From NCBI GenBank assembly GCA_964057225.1, contig OZ059899.1:1054001-1118000 (forward strand): a DNA stretch of 64,000 nt. Reading direction: 5' to 3'. The DNA is from Auanema rhodensis. Its lineage: Eukaryota; Animalia; Nematoda. Below the pieces are notes generated by a model, which was not told the origin of the DNA, made no database searches, and was given only the letters and a program-made list of their open reading frames with translations. Below are positions 11,601 to 27,370 of this stretch, piece after piece (positions within the stretch are counted from its first letter, which is position 1; the number at the start of each line of letters is the position of its first letter). Position numbers and translations under genes: made by a program.

Positions 11601-14600
11601 AAAATAATTTAGCAAAAAGTAAATGTTTTTAGATTCCGTTTTTTAAGGCAAAGACGATGGACAATGTTATTCAACGAAAAAAATAATTCTTCAGGGTGAA
11701 AATCGAGGATATAAAGGTGAACTTATATCAGTTGATATCTCGGTGCATTTTTAAGCTAGCGCAAATCTGATAACACAGATCGACGCAGCTCAAAAATCCG
11801 CATCGAATGCACTATACTACATTGAGAAACGCTTAATACAAAAATTAGTTATGTTCGTTTGAAAAATGATGCATTAGTGTATGTTGAGTTTCCATGTACA
11901 CTCAACATTGCTTCCAAAAACATTTTGACAAAAATTTTTTCGAAAAATTTCAAAATAATTTAGCAAAAAGTAAATGTTTTTAGATTCCGTTTTTTAAGGC
12001 AAAGACGATGGACAATGTTATTCAACGAAAAAAATAATTCTTCAGGGTGAAAATCGAGGATATAAAGGTGAACTTATATCAGTTGATATCTCGGTGCATT
12101 TTTAAGCTAGCGCAAATCTGATAACACAGATCGACGCAGCTCAAAAATCCGCATTGAATGCACTATACTACATTGAGAAACGCTTAATACAAAAATTAGT
12201 TATGATCGTTTGAAAAATGATGCATTAGTGTATGTTGAGTTTCCATGTACACTCAACATTGCTTCCAAAAACATTTTGACAAAAATTTTTTCGAAAAATT
12301 TCAAAATAATTTAGCAAAAAGTAGATGTTTTTAAATTCCGTTTTTCAAGGCAAAGACGATGGACAATGTTATTCATCGAAAAAATTAATTCTTCAGGGTG
12401 AAAATCGAGGATATAAGTGTGAACTTATATCAGTTGATATCTCGGTGCATTTTTAAGCTAGCGCAAATCTGATAACACAGATCGACGCAGCTCAAAAATC
12501 CGCATTGAATGCACTATACTACATTGAGAAACGCTCAATACAAAAATTAGTTATGATCGTTTGAAAAATGATGCATTAGTGTATGTTGAGTTTCCATGTA
12601 CACTCAACATTGCTTCCAAAAACATTTTGACAAAAATTTTTTCGAAAAATTTCAAAATAATTTAGCAAAAAGTAGATGTTTTTAGATTTCATTTTTCAAG
12701 GCAAAGACGATAGACAATGTTATTCAACGAAAAAATTAATTCTTCAGGGTGAAAATCGAGGATATAAGTGTGAACTTATATCAGTTGATATCTCGGTGCA
12801 TTTTTAAGCTAACGCAAATCTGATAACACAGATCGACGCAGCTTAAAAATCCGCATCGAATGCACTATACTACATTGAGAAACGCTTAATACACAAATTA
12901 GTTATGATTGTTTGAAAAATGATGCATTAGTGTATGTTGAGTTTCCATGTACACTCAACATTGCTTCCAAAAACATTTTGACAAAAATTTTTTCGAAAAA
13001 TTTCAAAATAATTTAGCAAAAAGTAAATGTTTTTAGATTCCGTTTTTTAAGGCAAAGACGATGGACAATGTTATTCAACGAAAAAAATAATTCTTCAGGG
13101 TGAAAATCGAGGATATAAAGGTGAACTTATATCAGTTGATATCTCGGTGCATTTTTAAGCTAGCGCAAATCTGATAACACAGATCGACGCAGCTCAAAAA
13201 TCCGCATCGAATGCACTATACTACATTGAGAAACGCTTAATACAAAAATTAGTTATGTTCGTTTGAAAAATGATGCATTAGTGTATGTTGAGTTTCCATG
13301 TACACTCAACATTGCTTCCAAAAACATTTTGACAAAAATTTTTTCGAAAAATTTCAAAATAATTTAGCGAAAAGTAGATGTTTTTAAATTCCGTTTTTCA
13401 AGGCAAAGACGATGGACAATGTTATTCATCGAAAAAATTAATTCTTCAGGGTGAAAATCGAGGATATAAGTGTGAACTTATATCAGTTGATATCTCGGTG
13501 CATTTTTAAGCTAGCGCAAATCTGATAACACAGATCGACGCAGCTCAAAAATCCGCATTGAATGCACTATACTACATTGAGAAACGCTCAATACAAAAAT
13601 TAGTTATGATCGTTTGAAAAATGATGCATTAGTGTATGTTGAGTTTCCATGTACACTCAACATTGCTTCCAAAAACATTTTGACAAAAATTTTTTCGAAA
13701 AATTTCAAAATAATTTAGCAAAAAGTAGATGTTTTTAGATTCCATTTTTCAAGGCAAAGACGATAGACAATGTTATTCAACGAAAAAATTAATTCTTCAG
13801 GGTGAAAATCGAGGATATAAGTGTGAACTTATATCAGTTGATATCTCGGTGCATTTTTAAGCTAACGCAAATCTGATAACACAGATCGACGCAGCTTAAA
13901 AATCCGCATCGAATGCACTATACTACATTGAGAAACGCTTAATACAAAAATTAGTTATGATCGTTTGAAAAATGATGCATTAGTGTATGTTGAGTTTCCA
14001 TGTACACTCAACATTGCTTCCAAAAACATTTTGACAAAAATTTTTTCGAAAAATTTCAAAATAATTTAGCAAAAAGTAAATGTTTTTAGATTCCGTTTTT
14101 TAAGGCAAAGACGATGGACAATGTTATTCAACGAAAAAAATAATTCTTCAGGGTGAAAATCGAGGATATAAAGGTGAACTTATATCAGTTGATATCTCGG
14201 TGCATTTTTAAGCTAGCGCAAATCTGATAACACAGATCGACGCAGCTCAAAAATCCGCATCGAATGCACTATACTACATTGAGAAACGCTTAATACAAAA
14301 ATTAGTTATGTTCGTTTGAAAAATGATGCATTAGTGTATGTTGAGTTTCCATGTACACTCAACATTGCTTCCAAAAACATTTTGACAAAAATTTTTTCGA
14401 AAAATTTCAAAATAATTTAGCGAAAAGTAGATGTTTTTAAATTCCGTTTTTCAAGGCAAAGACGATGGACAATGTTATTCATCGAAAAAATTAATTCTTC
14501 AGGGTGAAAATCGAGGATATAAGTGTGAACTTATATCAGTTGATATCTCGGTGCATTTTTAAGCTAGCGCAAATCTGATAACACAGATCGACGCAGCTCA

Positions 14601-17600
14601 AAAATCCGCATTGAATGCACTATACTACATTGAGAAACGCTCAATACAAAAATTAGTTATGATCGTTTGAAAAATGATGCATTAGTGTATGTTGAGTTTC
14701 CATGTACACTCAACATTGCTTCCAAAAACATTTTGACAAAAATTTTTTCGAAAAATTTCAAAATAATTTAGCAAAAAGTAGATGTTTTTAGATTCCATTT
14801 TTCAAGGCAAAGACGATAGACAATGTTATTCAACGAAAAAATTAATTCTTCAGGGTGAAAATCGAGGATATAAGTGTGAACTTATATCAGTTGATATCTC
14901 GGTGCATTTTTAAGCTAACGCAAATCTGATAACACAGATCGACGCAGCTTAAAAATCCGCATCGAATGCACTATACTACATTGAGAAACGCTTAATACAC
15001 AAATTAGTTATGATTGTTTGAAAAATGATGCATTAGTGTATGTTGAGTTTCCATGTACACTCAACATTGCTTCCAAAAACATTTTGACAAAAATTTTTTC
15101 GAAAAATTTCAAAATAATTTAGCAAAAAGTAAATGTTTTTAGATTCCGTTTTTTAAGGCAAAGACGATGGACAATGTTATTCAACGAAAAAAATAATTCT
15201 TCAGGGTGAAAATCGAGGATATAAAGGTGAACTTATATCAGTTGATATCTCGGTGCATTTTTAAGCTAGCGGAAATCTGATAACACAGATCGACGCAGCT
15301 CAAAAATCCGCATCGAATGCACTATACTACATTGAGAAACGCTTAATACAAAAATTAGTTATGTTCGTTTGAAAAATGATGCATTAGTGTATGTTGAGTT
15401 TCCATGTACACTCAACATTGCTTCCAAAAACATTTTGACAAAAATTTTTTCGAAAAATTTCAAAATAATTTAGCGAAAAGTAGATGTTTTTAAATTCCGT
15501 TTTTCAAGGCAAAGACGATGGACAATGTTATTCATCGAAAAAATTAATTCTTCAGGGTGAAAATCGAGGATATAAGTGTGAACTTATATCAGTTGATATC
15601 TCGGTGCATTTTTAAGCTAGCGCAAATCTGATAACACAGATCGACGCAGCTCAAAAATCCGCATTGAATGCACTATACTACATTGAGAAACGCTCAATAC
15701 AAAAATTAGTTATGATCGTTTGAAAAATGATGCATTAGTGTATGTTGAGTTTCCATGTACACTCAACATTGCTTCCAAAAACATTTTGACAAAAATTTTT
15801 TCGAAAAATTTCAAAATAATTTAGCAAAAAGTAGATGTTTTTAGATTCCATTTTTCAAGGCAAAGACGATAGACAATGTTATTCAACGAAAAAATTAATT
15901 CTTCAGGGTGAAAATCGAGGATATAAGTGTGAACTTATATCAGTTGATATCTCGGTGCATTTTTAAGCTAACGCAAATCTGATAACACAGATCGACGCAG
16001 CTTAAAAATCCGCATCGAATGCACTATACTACATTGAGAAACGCTTAATACACAAATTAGTTATGATTGTTTGAAAAATGATGCATTAGTGTATGTTGAG
16101 TTTCCATGTACACTCAACATTGCTTCCAAAAACATTTTGACAAAAATTTTTTCGAAAAATTTCAAAATAATTTAGCAAAAAGTAAATGTTTTTAGATTCC
16201 GTTTTTTAAGGCAAAGACGATGGACAATGTTATTCAACGAAAAAAATAATTCTTCAGGGTGAAAATCGAGGATATAAAGGTGAACTTATATCAGTTGATA
16301 TCTCGGTGCATTTTTAAGCTAGCGCAAATCTGATAACACAGATCGACGCAGCTCAAAAATCCGCATCGAATGCACTATACTACATTGAGAAACGCTTAAT
16401 ACAAAAATTAGTTATGTTCGTTTGAAAAATGATGCATTAGTGTATGTTGAGTTTCCATGTACACTCAACATTGCTTCCAAAAACATTTTGACAAAAATTT
16501 TTTCGAAAAATTTCAAAATAATTTAGCGAAAAGTAGATGTTTTTAAATTCCGTTTTTCAAGGCAAAGACGATGGACAATGTTATTCATCGAAAAAATTAA
16601 TTCTTCAGGGTGAAAATCGAGGATATAAGTGTGAACTTATATCAGTTGATATCTCGGTGCATTTTTAAGCTAGCGCAAATCTGATAACACAGATCGACGC
16701 AGCTCAAAAATCCGCATTGAATGCACTATACTACATTGAGAAACGCTCAATACAAAAATTAGTTATGATCGTTTGAAAAATGATGCATTAGTGTATGTTG
16801 AGTTTCCATGTACACTCAACATTGCTTCCAAAAACATTTTGACAAAAATTTTTTCGAAAAATTTCAAAATAATTTAGCAAAAAGTAGATGTTTTTAGATT
16901 CCATTTTTCAAGGCAAAGACGATAGACAATGTTATTCAACGAAAAAATTAATTCTTCAGGGTGAAAATCGAGGATATAAGTGTGAACTTATATCAGTTGA
17001 TATCTCGGTGCATTTTTAAGCTAACGCAAATCTGATAACACAGATCGACGCAGCTTAAAAATCCGCATCGAATGCACTATACTACATTGAGAAACGCTTA
17101 ATACACAAATTAGTTATGATTGTTTGAAAAATGATGCATTAGTGTATGTTGAGTTTCCATGTACACTCAACATTGCTTCCAAAAACATTTTGACAAAAAT
17201 TTTTTCGAAAAATTTCAAAATAATTTAGCAAAAAGTAAATGTTTTTAGATTCCGTTTTTTAAGGCAAAGACGATGGACAATGTTATTCAACGAAAAAAAT
17301 AATTCTTCAGGGTGAAAATCGAGGATATAAAGGTGAACTTATATCAGTTGATATCTCGGTGCATTTTCAAGCTAGCGCAAATCTGATAACACAGATCGAC
17401 GCAGCTCAAAACTCCGCATCGAATGCACTATACTACATTAAGAAACGCTTAATACAAAAATTAGTTATGATCGTTTGAAAAATGATGCATTAGTGTATGT
17501 TGAGTTTCCATGTACACTCAACATTGCTTCCAAAAACATTTTGACAAAAATTTTTTCGAAAAATTTCAAAATAATTTAGCGAAAAGTAGATGTTTTTAGA

Positions 17601-20600
17601 TTCCGTTTTTCAAGGCAAAGACGATGGACAATGTTATTCAACGAAAAAAATAATTCTTCAGGGTGAAAATCGAGGATATAAGTGTGAACTTATATCAGTT
17701 GATATCTCGGTGCATTTTTAAGCTAGCGCAAATCTGATAACACAGATCGACGTAGCTTAAAAATCCGCATCGAATGCACTATACTACATTGAGAAACGCT
17801 AAATACAAAAATTAGTTATGATCGTTTGAAAAATGATGCATTAGTGTATGTTGAGTTTCCATGTACACACAACATTGCTTCCAAAAACATTTTGACAAAA
17901 ATTTTTTCGAAAAATTTCAAAATAATTTAGCAAAAAGTAAATGTTTTTAGATTCCGTTTTTTAAGGCAAAGACGATGGACAATGTTATTCAACGAAAAAA
18001 ATAATTCTTCAGGGTGAAAATCGAGGATATAAGTGTGAACTTATATCAGTTGATATCTCGGTGCATTTTTAAGCTAACGCAAATCTGATAACACAGATCG
18101 ACGCAGCTTAAAAATCCGCATCGAATGCACTATACTACATTGAGAAACGCTTAATACACAAATTAGTTATGATTGTTTGAAAAATGATGCATTAGTGTAT
18201 GTTGAGTTTCCATGTACACTCAACATTGCTTCCAAAAACATTTTGACAAAAATTTTTTCGAAAAATTTCAAAATAATTTAGCGAAAAGTAGATGTTTTTA
18301 GATTCCGTTTTTCAAGGCAAAGACGATGGACAATGTTATTCAACGAAAAAAATAATTCTTCAGGGTGAAAATCGAGGATATAAGTGTGAACTTATATCAG
18401 TTGATATCTCGGTGCATTTTTAAGCTAGCGCAAATCTGATAACACAGATCGACGTAGCTTAAAAATCCGCATCGAATGCACTATACTACATTGAGAAACG
18501 CTAAATACAAAAATTAGTTATGATCGTTTGAAAAATGATGCATTAGTGTATGTTGAGTTTCCATGTACACTCAACATTGCTTCCAAAAACATTTTGACAA
18601 AAATTTTTTCGAAAAATTTCAAGATAATTTAGCGAAAAGTAGATGTTTTTAGCTTCCGTTTTTCAAGGCAAAGACGATGGACAATGTTATTCAACAAAAA
18701 AATTAATTCTTCAGGGTGAAAATCGAGGATATAAGTGTGAACTTATATCAGTTGATATCTCGGTGCATTTTCAAACTAGCGCGAATCTGATAACACAGAT
18801 CGACGCAGCTCAAAAATCCGCATCGAATGCACTATACTACATTGAGAAACGCTTAATACAAAAATTAGTTACGTTCGTTTGAAAAATGATGCATTAGTGT
18901 ATGTTGAGTTTCCATGTACACTCAACATTGCTTCCAAAAACATTTTGACAAAAATTTTTTCGAAAAATTTCAAAATAATTTAGCGAAAAGTAGATGTTTT
19001 TAAATTCCGTTTTTCAAGGCAAAGACGATGGACAATGTTATTCATCGAAAAAATTAATTCTTCAGGGTGAAAATCGAGGATATAAGTGTGAACTTATATC
19101 AGTTGATATCTCGGTGCATTTTTAAGCTAGCGCAAATCTGATAACACAGATCGACGCAGCTCAAAAATCCGGATTGAATGCACTATACTACATTGAGAAA
19201 CGCTCAATACAAAAATTAGTTATGATCGTTTGAAAAATGATGCATTAGTGTATGTTGAGTTTCCATGTACACTCAACATTGCTTCCAAAAACATTTTGAC
19301 AAAAATTTTTTCGAAAAATTTCAAAATAATTTAGCAAAAAGTAGATGTTTTTAGATTTCATTTTTCAAGGCAAAGACGATAGACAATGTTATTCAACGAA
19401 AAAATTAATTCTTCAGGGTGAAAATCGAGGATATAAGTGTGAACTTATATCAGTTGATATCTCGGTGCATTTTTAAGCTAACGCAAATCTGATAACACAG
19501 ATCGACGCAGCTCAAAAATCCGCATCGAATGCACTATACTACATTGAGAAACGCTTAATACAAAAATTAGTTATGTTCGTTTGAAAAATGATGCATTAGT
19601 GTATGTTGAGTTTCCATGTACACTCAACATTGCTTCCAAAAACATTTTGACAAAAATTTTTTCGAAAAATTTCAAAATAATTTAGCAAAAAGTAAATGTT
19701 TTTAGATTCCGTTTTTTAAGGCAAAGACGATGGACAATGTTATTCAACGAAAAAAATAATTCTTCAGGGTGAAAATCGAGGATATAAAGGTGAACTTATA
19801 TCAGTTGATATCTCGGTGCATTTTTAAGCTAGCGCAAATCTGATAACACAGATCGACGCAGCTCAAAAATCCGCATCGAATGCACTATACTACATTGAGA
19901 AACGCTTAATACAAAAATTAGTTATGTTCGTTTGAAAAATGATGCATTAGTGTATGTTGAGTTTCCATGTACACTCAACATTGCTTCCAAAAACATTTTG
20001 ACAAAAATTTTTTCGAAAAATTTTAAAATAATTTAGCGAAAAGTAGATGTTTTTAAATTCCGTTTTTCAAGGCAAAGACGATGGACAATGTTATTCATCG
20101 AAAAAATTAATTCTTCAGGGTGAAAATCGAGGATATAAGTGTGAACTTATATCAGTTGATATCTCGGTGCATTTTTAAGCTAGCGCAAATCTGATAACAC
20201 AGATCGACGCAGCTCAAAAATCCGCATTGAATGCACTATACTACATTGAGAAACGCTCAATACAAAAATTAGTTATGATCGTTTGAAAAATGATGCATTA
20301 GTGTATGTTGAGTTTCCATGTACACTCAACATTGCTTCCAAAAACATTTTGACAAAAATTTTTTCGAAAAATTTCAAAATAATTTAGCAAAAAGTAGATG
20401 TTTTTAGATTCCATTTTTCAAGGCAAAGACGATAGACAATGTTATTCAACGAAAAAATTAATTCTTCAGGGTGAAAATCGAGGATATAAGTGTGAACTTA
20501 TATCAGTTGATATCTCGGTGCATTTTTAAGCTAACGCAAATCTGATAACACAGATCGACGCAGCTTAAAAATCCGCATCGAATGCACTATACTACATTGA

Positions 20601-23600
20601 GAAACGCTTAATACACAAATTAGTTATGATTGTTTGAAAAATGATGCATTAGTGTATGTTGAGTTTCCATGTACACTCAACATTGCTTCCAAAAACATTT
20701 TGACAAAAATTTTTTCGAAAAATTTCAAAATAATTTAGCAAAAAGTAAATGTTTTTAGATTCCGTTTTTTAAGGCAAAGACGATGGACAATGTTATTCAA
20801 CGAAAAAAATAATTCTTCAGGGTGAAAATCGAGGATATAAAGGTGAACTTATATCAGTTGATATCTCGGTGCATTTTTAAGCTAGCGCAAATCTGATAAC
20901 ACAGATCGACGCAGCTCAAAAATCCGCATCGAATGCACTATACTACATTGAGAAACGCTTAATACAAAAATTAGTTATGTTCGTTTGAAAAATGATGCAT
21001 TAGTGTATGTTGAGTTTCCATGTACACTCAACATTGCTTCCAAAAACATTTTGACAAAAATTTTTTCGAAAAATTTCAAAATAATTTAGCGAAAAGTAGA
21101 TGTTTTTAAATTCCGTTTTTCAAGGCAAAGACGATGGACAATGTTATTCATCGAAAAAATTAATTCTTCAGGGTGAAAATCGAGGATATAAGTGTGAACT
21201 TATATCAGTTGATATCTCGGTGCATTTTTAAGCTAGCGCAAATCTGATAACACAGATCGACGCAGCTCAAAAATCCGCATTGAATGCACTATACTACATT
21301 GAGAAACGCTCAATACAAAAATTAGTTATGATCGTTTGAAAAATGATGCATTAGTGTATGTTGAGTTTCCATGTACACTCAACATTGCTTCCAAAAACAT
21401 TTTGACAAAAATTTTTTCGAAAAATTTCAAAATAATTTAGCAAAAAGTAGATGTTTTTAGATTCCATTTTTCAAGGCAAAGACGATAGACAATGTTATTC
21501 AACGAAAAAATTGATTCTTCAGGGTGAAAATCGAGGATATAAGTGTGAACTTATATCAGTTGATATCTCGGTGCATTTTCAAGCTAGCGCAAATCTGATA
21601 ACACAGATCGACGCAGCTCAAAACTCCGCATCGAATGCACTATACTACATTAAGAAACGCTTAATACAAAAATTAGTTATGATCGTTTGAAAAATGATGC
21701 ATTAGTGTATGTTGAGTTTCCATGTACACTCAACATTGCTTCCAAAAACATTTTGACAAAAATTTTTTCGAAAAATTTCAAAATAATTTAGCGAAAAGTA
21801 GATGTTTTTAGATTCCGTTTTTCAAGGCAAAGACGATGGACAATGTTATTCAACGAAAAAAATAATTCTTCAGGGTGAAAATCGAGGATATAAGTGTGAA
21901 CTTATATCAGTTGATATCTCGGTGCATTTTTAAGCTAGCGCAAATCTGATAACACAGATCGACGTAGCTTAAAAATCCGCATCGAATGCACTATACTACA
22001 TTGAGAAACGCTAAATACAAAAATTAGTTATGATCGTTTGAAAAATGATGCATTAGTGTATGTTGAGTTTCCATGTACACACAACATTGCTTCCAAAAAC
22101 ATTTTGACAAAAATTTTTTCGAAAAATTTCAAAATAATTTAGCAAAAAGTAAATGTTTTTAGATTCCGTTTTTTAAGGCAAAGACGATGGACAATGTTAT
22201 TCAACGAAAAAAATAATTCTTCAGGGTGAAAATCGAGGATATAAGTGTGAACTTATATCAGTTGATATCTCGGTGCATTTTTAAGCTAACGCAAATCTGA
22301 TAACACAGATCGACGCAGCTTAAAAATCCGCATCGAATGCACTATACTACATTGAGAAACGCTTAATACACAAATTAGTTATGATTGTTTGAAAAATGAT
22401 GCATTAGTGTATGTTGAGTTTCCATGTACACTCAACATTGCTTCCAAAAACATTTTGACAAAAATTTTTTCGAAAAATTTCAAGATAATTTAGCGAAAAG
22501 TAGATGTTTTTAGCTTCCGTTTTTCAAGGCAAAGACGATGGACAATGTTATTCAACGAAAAAATTAATTCTTCAGGGTGAAAATCGAGGATATAAGTGTG
22601 AACTTATATCAGTTGATATCTCGGTGCATTTTCAAACTAGCGCAAATCTGATAACACAGATCGACGCAGCTCAAAAATCCGCATCGAATGCACTATACTA
22701 CATCGAGAAACGCTTAATACAAAAATTAGTTATGTTCGTTTGAAAAATGATGCATTAGTGTATGTTGAGTTTCCATGTACACTCAACATTGCTTCCAAAA
22801 ACATTTTGACAAAAATTTTTTCGAAAATATTCAAAATAATTTAGCGAAAAGAAGATGTTTTTAGATTCCGTTTTTCAAGGCAAAGACGATGGACAATGTT
22901 ATTCAACGAAAAAAATAATTCTTCAGGGTGAAAATCGAGGATATAAAGGTGAACTTATATCAGTTGATATCTCGGTGCATTTTTAAGCTAGCGCAAATCT
23001 GATAACACAGATCGACGCAGCTCAAAAATCCGCATCGAATGCACTATACTACATTGAGAAACGCTTAATACAAAAATTAGTTATGTTCGTTTGAAAAATG
23101 ATGCATTAGTGTATGTTGAGTTTCCATGTACACTCAACATTGCTTCCAAAAACATTTTGACAAAAATTTTTTCGAAAAATTTCAAAATAATTTAGCGAAA
23201 AGTAGATGTTTTTAAATTCCGTTTTTCAAGGCAAAGACGATGGACAATGTTATTCATCGAAAAAATTAATTCTTCAGGGTGAAAATCGAGGATATAAGTG
23301 TGAACTTATATCAGTTGATATCTCGGTGCATTTTTAAGCTAGCGCAAATCTGATAACACAGATCGACGCAGCTCAAAAATCCGCATTGAATGCACTATAC
23401 TACATTGAGAAACGCTCAATACAAAAATTAGTTATGATCGTTTGAAAAATGATGCATTAGTGTATGTTGAGTTTCCATGTACACTCAACATTGCTTCCAA
23501 AAACATTTTGACAAAAATTTTTTCGAAAAATTTCAAAATAATTTAGCAAAAAGTAGATGTTTTTAGATTCCATTTTTCAAGGCAAAGACGATAGACAATG

Positions 23601-24921
23601 TTATTCAACGAAAAAATTAATTCTTCAGGGTGAAAATCGAGGATATAAGTGTGAACTTATATCAGTTGATATCTCGGTGCATTTTTAAGCTAACGCAAAT
23701 CTGATAACACAGATCGACGCAGCTTAAAAATCCGCATCGAATGCACTATACTACATTGAGAAACGCTTAATACACAAATTAGTTATGATTGTTTGAAAAA
23801 TGATGCATTAGTGTATGTTGAGTTTCCATGTACACTCAACATTGCTTCCAAAAACATTTTGACAAAAATTTTTTCGAAAAATTTCAAAATAATTTAGCAA
23901 AAAGTAAATGTTTTTAGATTCCGTTTTTTAAGGCAAAGACGATGGACAATGTTATTCAACGAAAAAAATAATTCTTCAGGGTGAAAATCGAGGATATAAA
24001 GGTGAACTTATATCAGTTGATATCTCGGTGCATTTTCAAGCTAGCGCAAATCTGATAACACAGATCGACGCAGCTCAAAACTCCGCATCGAATGCACTAT
24101 ACTACATTAAGAAACGCTTAATACAAAAATTAGTTATGATCGTTTGAAAAATGATGCATTAGTGTATGTTGAGTTTCCATGTACACTCAACATTGCTTCC
24201 AAAAACATTTTGACAAAAATTTTTTCGAAAAATTTCAAAATAATTTAGCGAAAAGTAGATGTTTTTAGATTCCGTTTCTCAAGGCAAAGACGATGGACAA
24301 TGTTATTCAACGAAAAAAATAATTCTTCAGGGTGAAAATCGAGGATATAAGTGTGAACTTATATCAGTTGATATCTCGGTGCATTTTTAAGCTAGCGCAA
24401 ATCTGATAACACAGATCGACGTAGCTTAACAATCCGCATCGAATGCACTATACTACATTGAGAAACGCTAAATACAAAAATTAGTTATGATCGTTTGAAA
24501 AATGATGCATTAGTGTATGTTGAGTTTCCATGTACACACAACATTGCTTCCAAAAACATTTTGACAAAAATTTTTTCGAAAAATTTCAAAATAATTTAGC
24601 AAAAAGTAAATGTTTTTAGATTCCGTTTTTTAAGGCAAAGACGATGGACAATGTTATTCAACGAAAAAAATAATTCTTCAGGGTGAAAATCGAGGATATA
24701 AGTGTGAACTTATATCAGTTGATATCTCGGTGCATTTTTAAGCTAACGCAAATCTGATAACACAGATCGACGCAGCTTAAAAATCCGCATCGAATGCACT
24801 ATACTACATTGAGAAACGCTTAATACACAAATTAGTTATGATTGTTTGAAAAATGATGCATTAGTGTATGTTGAGTTTCCATGTACACTCAACATTGCTT
24901 CCAAAAACATTTTGACAAAAA
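5617..24921 (+). repeat. Sub-array domain built from monomer types B, C, D (plus E, F, G)
   Basis: B: ttttAaattcc, tcaTcg, gcatTg, cgctCaat. C: ttccAttt, gatAgac, gctaAcg, tacaCaaa. D: aagtaAatg, tttttTaagg, tataaAGgtg. The C and D markers are essentially confined to this interval. Confidence 0.88.
12286..17550 (+). repeat. Regular trimeric higher-order repeat (B-C-D, 1053 bp) x5
   Basis: B-type landmarks at 12325, 13378, 14431, 15484 and 16537, each followed by a C and a D monomer. Confidence 0.92.
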
Positions 24922-27106
24922 TTTTTTCGAAAAATTTCAAGATAATTTAGCGAAAAGTAGATGTTTTTAGATTCCTTTTTTCAAGGCAAAGACGATGGAC
25001 AATGTTATTCAACGAAAAAATTAATTCTTCAGGGTGAAAATCGAGGATATAAGTGTGAACTCATATCAGTTGATATCTCGGTGCATTTTTAAGCTAGCGC
25101 AAATCTGATAAAACAGATCGACGCAGCTCAACAATCCGCATCGAATGCACTATACTACATTGAGAAACGCTTAATAATAAAATTAGTTATGATCGTTTGA
25201 AAAACGATGCATTAGTGTATGTTGAGTTTCCATGTACACTCAACATTGCTTCCAAAAACATTTTGACAAAAATTTTTTCGAAAAATTTCAAGATAATTTA
25301 GCGAAAAGTAGATGTTTTTAGCTTCCGTTTTTCAAGGCAAAGACGATGGACAATGTTATTCAACGAAAAAATTAATTCTTCAGGGTGAAAATCGAGGATA
25401 TAAGTGTGAACTTATATCAGTTGATATCTCGGTGCATTTTCAAACTAGCGCAAATCTGATAACACAGATCGACGCAGCTCAAAAATCCGCATCGAATGCA
25501 CTATACTACATTGAGAAACGCTTAATACAAAAATTAGTTATGTTCGTTTGAAAAATGATGCATTAGTGTATGTTGAGTTTCCATGTACACTCAACATTGC
25601 TTCCAAAAACATTTTGACAAAAATTTTTTCGAAAAATTTCAAAATAATTTAGCGAAAAGTAGATGTTTTTAGATTCCGTTTTTCAAGGCAAAGACGATGG
25701 ACAATGTTATTCAACGAAAAAAATAATTCTTCAGGGTGAAAATCGAGGATATAAGTGTGAACTTATATCAGTTGATATCTCGGTGCATTTTCAAGCTAGC
25801 GCAAATCTGATAACACAGATCGACGCAGCTCAAAACTCCGCATCGAATGCACTATACTACATTAAGAAACGCTTAATACAAAAATTAGTTATGATCGTTT
25901 GAAAAATGATGCATTAGTGTATGTTGAGTTTCCATGTACACTCAACATTGCTTCCAAAAACATTTTGACAAAAATTTTTTCAAAAAATTTCAAAATAATT
26001 TAGCGAAAAGTAGATGTTTTTAGATTTCGTTTTTCAAGGCAAAGACGATGGACAATGTTACTCAACGAAAAAAATAATTCTTCAGGGTGAAAATCGAGGA
26101 TATAAGTGTGAACTTATATCAGTTGATATCTCGGTGCATTTTTAAGCTAGCGCAAATCTGATAACACAGATCGACGTAGCTTAAAAATCCGCATCGAATG
26201 CACTATACTACATTGAGAAACGCTAAATACAAAAATTAGTTATGATCGTTTGAAAAATGATGCATTAGTGTATGTTGAGTTTCCATGTACACTCAACATT
26301 GCTTCCAAAAACATTTTGACAAAAATTTTTTCGAAAAATTTCAAGATAATTTAGCGAAAAGTAGATGTTTTTAGCTTCCGTTTTTCAAGGCAAAGACGAT
26401 GGACAATGTTATTCAACGAAAAAATTAATTCTTCAGGGTGAAAATCGAGGATATAAGTGTGAACTTATATCAGTTGATATCTCGGTGCATTTTCAAACTA
26501 GCGCAAATCTGATAACACAGATCGACGCAGCTCAAAAATCCGCATCGAATGCACTATACTACATTGAGAAACGCTTAATACAAAAATTAGTTATGTTCGT
26601 TTGAAAAATGATGCATTAGTGTATGTTGAGTTTCCATGTACACTCAACATTGCTTCCAAAAACATTTTGACAAAAATTTTTTCGAAAAATTTCAAAATAA
26701 TTTAGCGAAAAGTAGATGTTTTTAGATTCCGTTTTTCAAGGCAAAGACGATGGACAATGTTATTCAACGAAAAAATTAATTCTTCAGGGTGAAAATCGAG
26801 GATATAAGTGTGAACTTATATCAGTTGATATCTCGGTGCATTTTCAAACTAGCGCAAATCTGATAACACAGATCGACGCAGCTCAAAAATCCGCATCGAA
26901 TGCACTATACTACATTGAGAAACGCTTAAAACAAAAATTAGTTATGATCGTTTGAAAAATGATGCATTAGTGTATGTTGAGTTTCCATGTACACTCAACA
27001 TTGCTTCCAAAAACATTTTGACAAAAATTTTTTCGAAAAATTTCAAAATAATTTAGCGAAAAGTAGATGTTTTTAGATTCCGTTTTTCAAGGCAAAGACG
27101 ATGGAC

Positions 27107-27370
27107 AATGTTATTCAACGAAAAAAATAATTCTTCAGGGTGAAAATCGAGGATATAAGTGTGAACTTATATCAGTTGATATCTCGGTGCATTTTTAAGC
27201 TAGCGGAAATCTGATAACACAGATCGACGCAGCTTAAAAATGTTATTCAACGAAAAAAATAATTCTTCAGGGTGAAAATGGAGGATATAAGTGTGAACTT
27301 ATATCAGTTGATATCTCGGTGCATTTTTAAGCTAGCGGAAATCTGATAACACAGATCGACGCAGCTTAAA
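27107..27370 (+). repeat. 132-bp internal tandem duplication giving a 483-bp monomer (copy 1)
   Basis: After gcagcttaaaaa the sequence jumps back to tgttattcaacg (27109 versus 27241). Confidence 0.96.
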
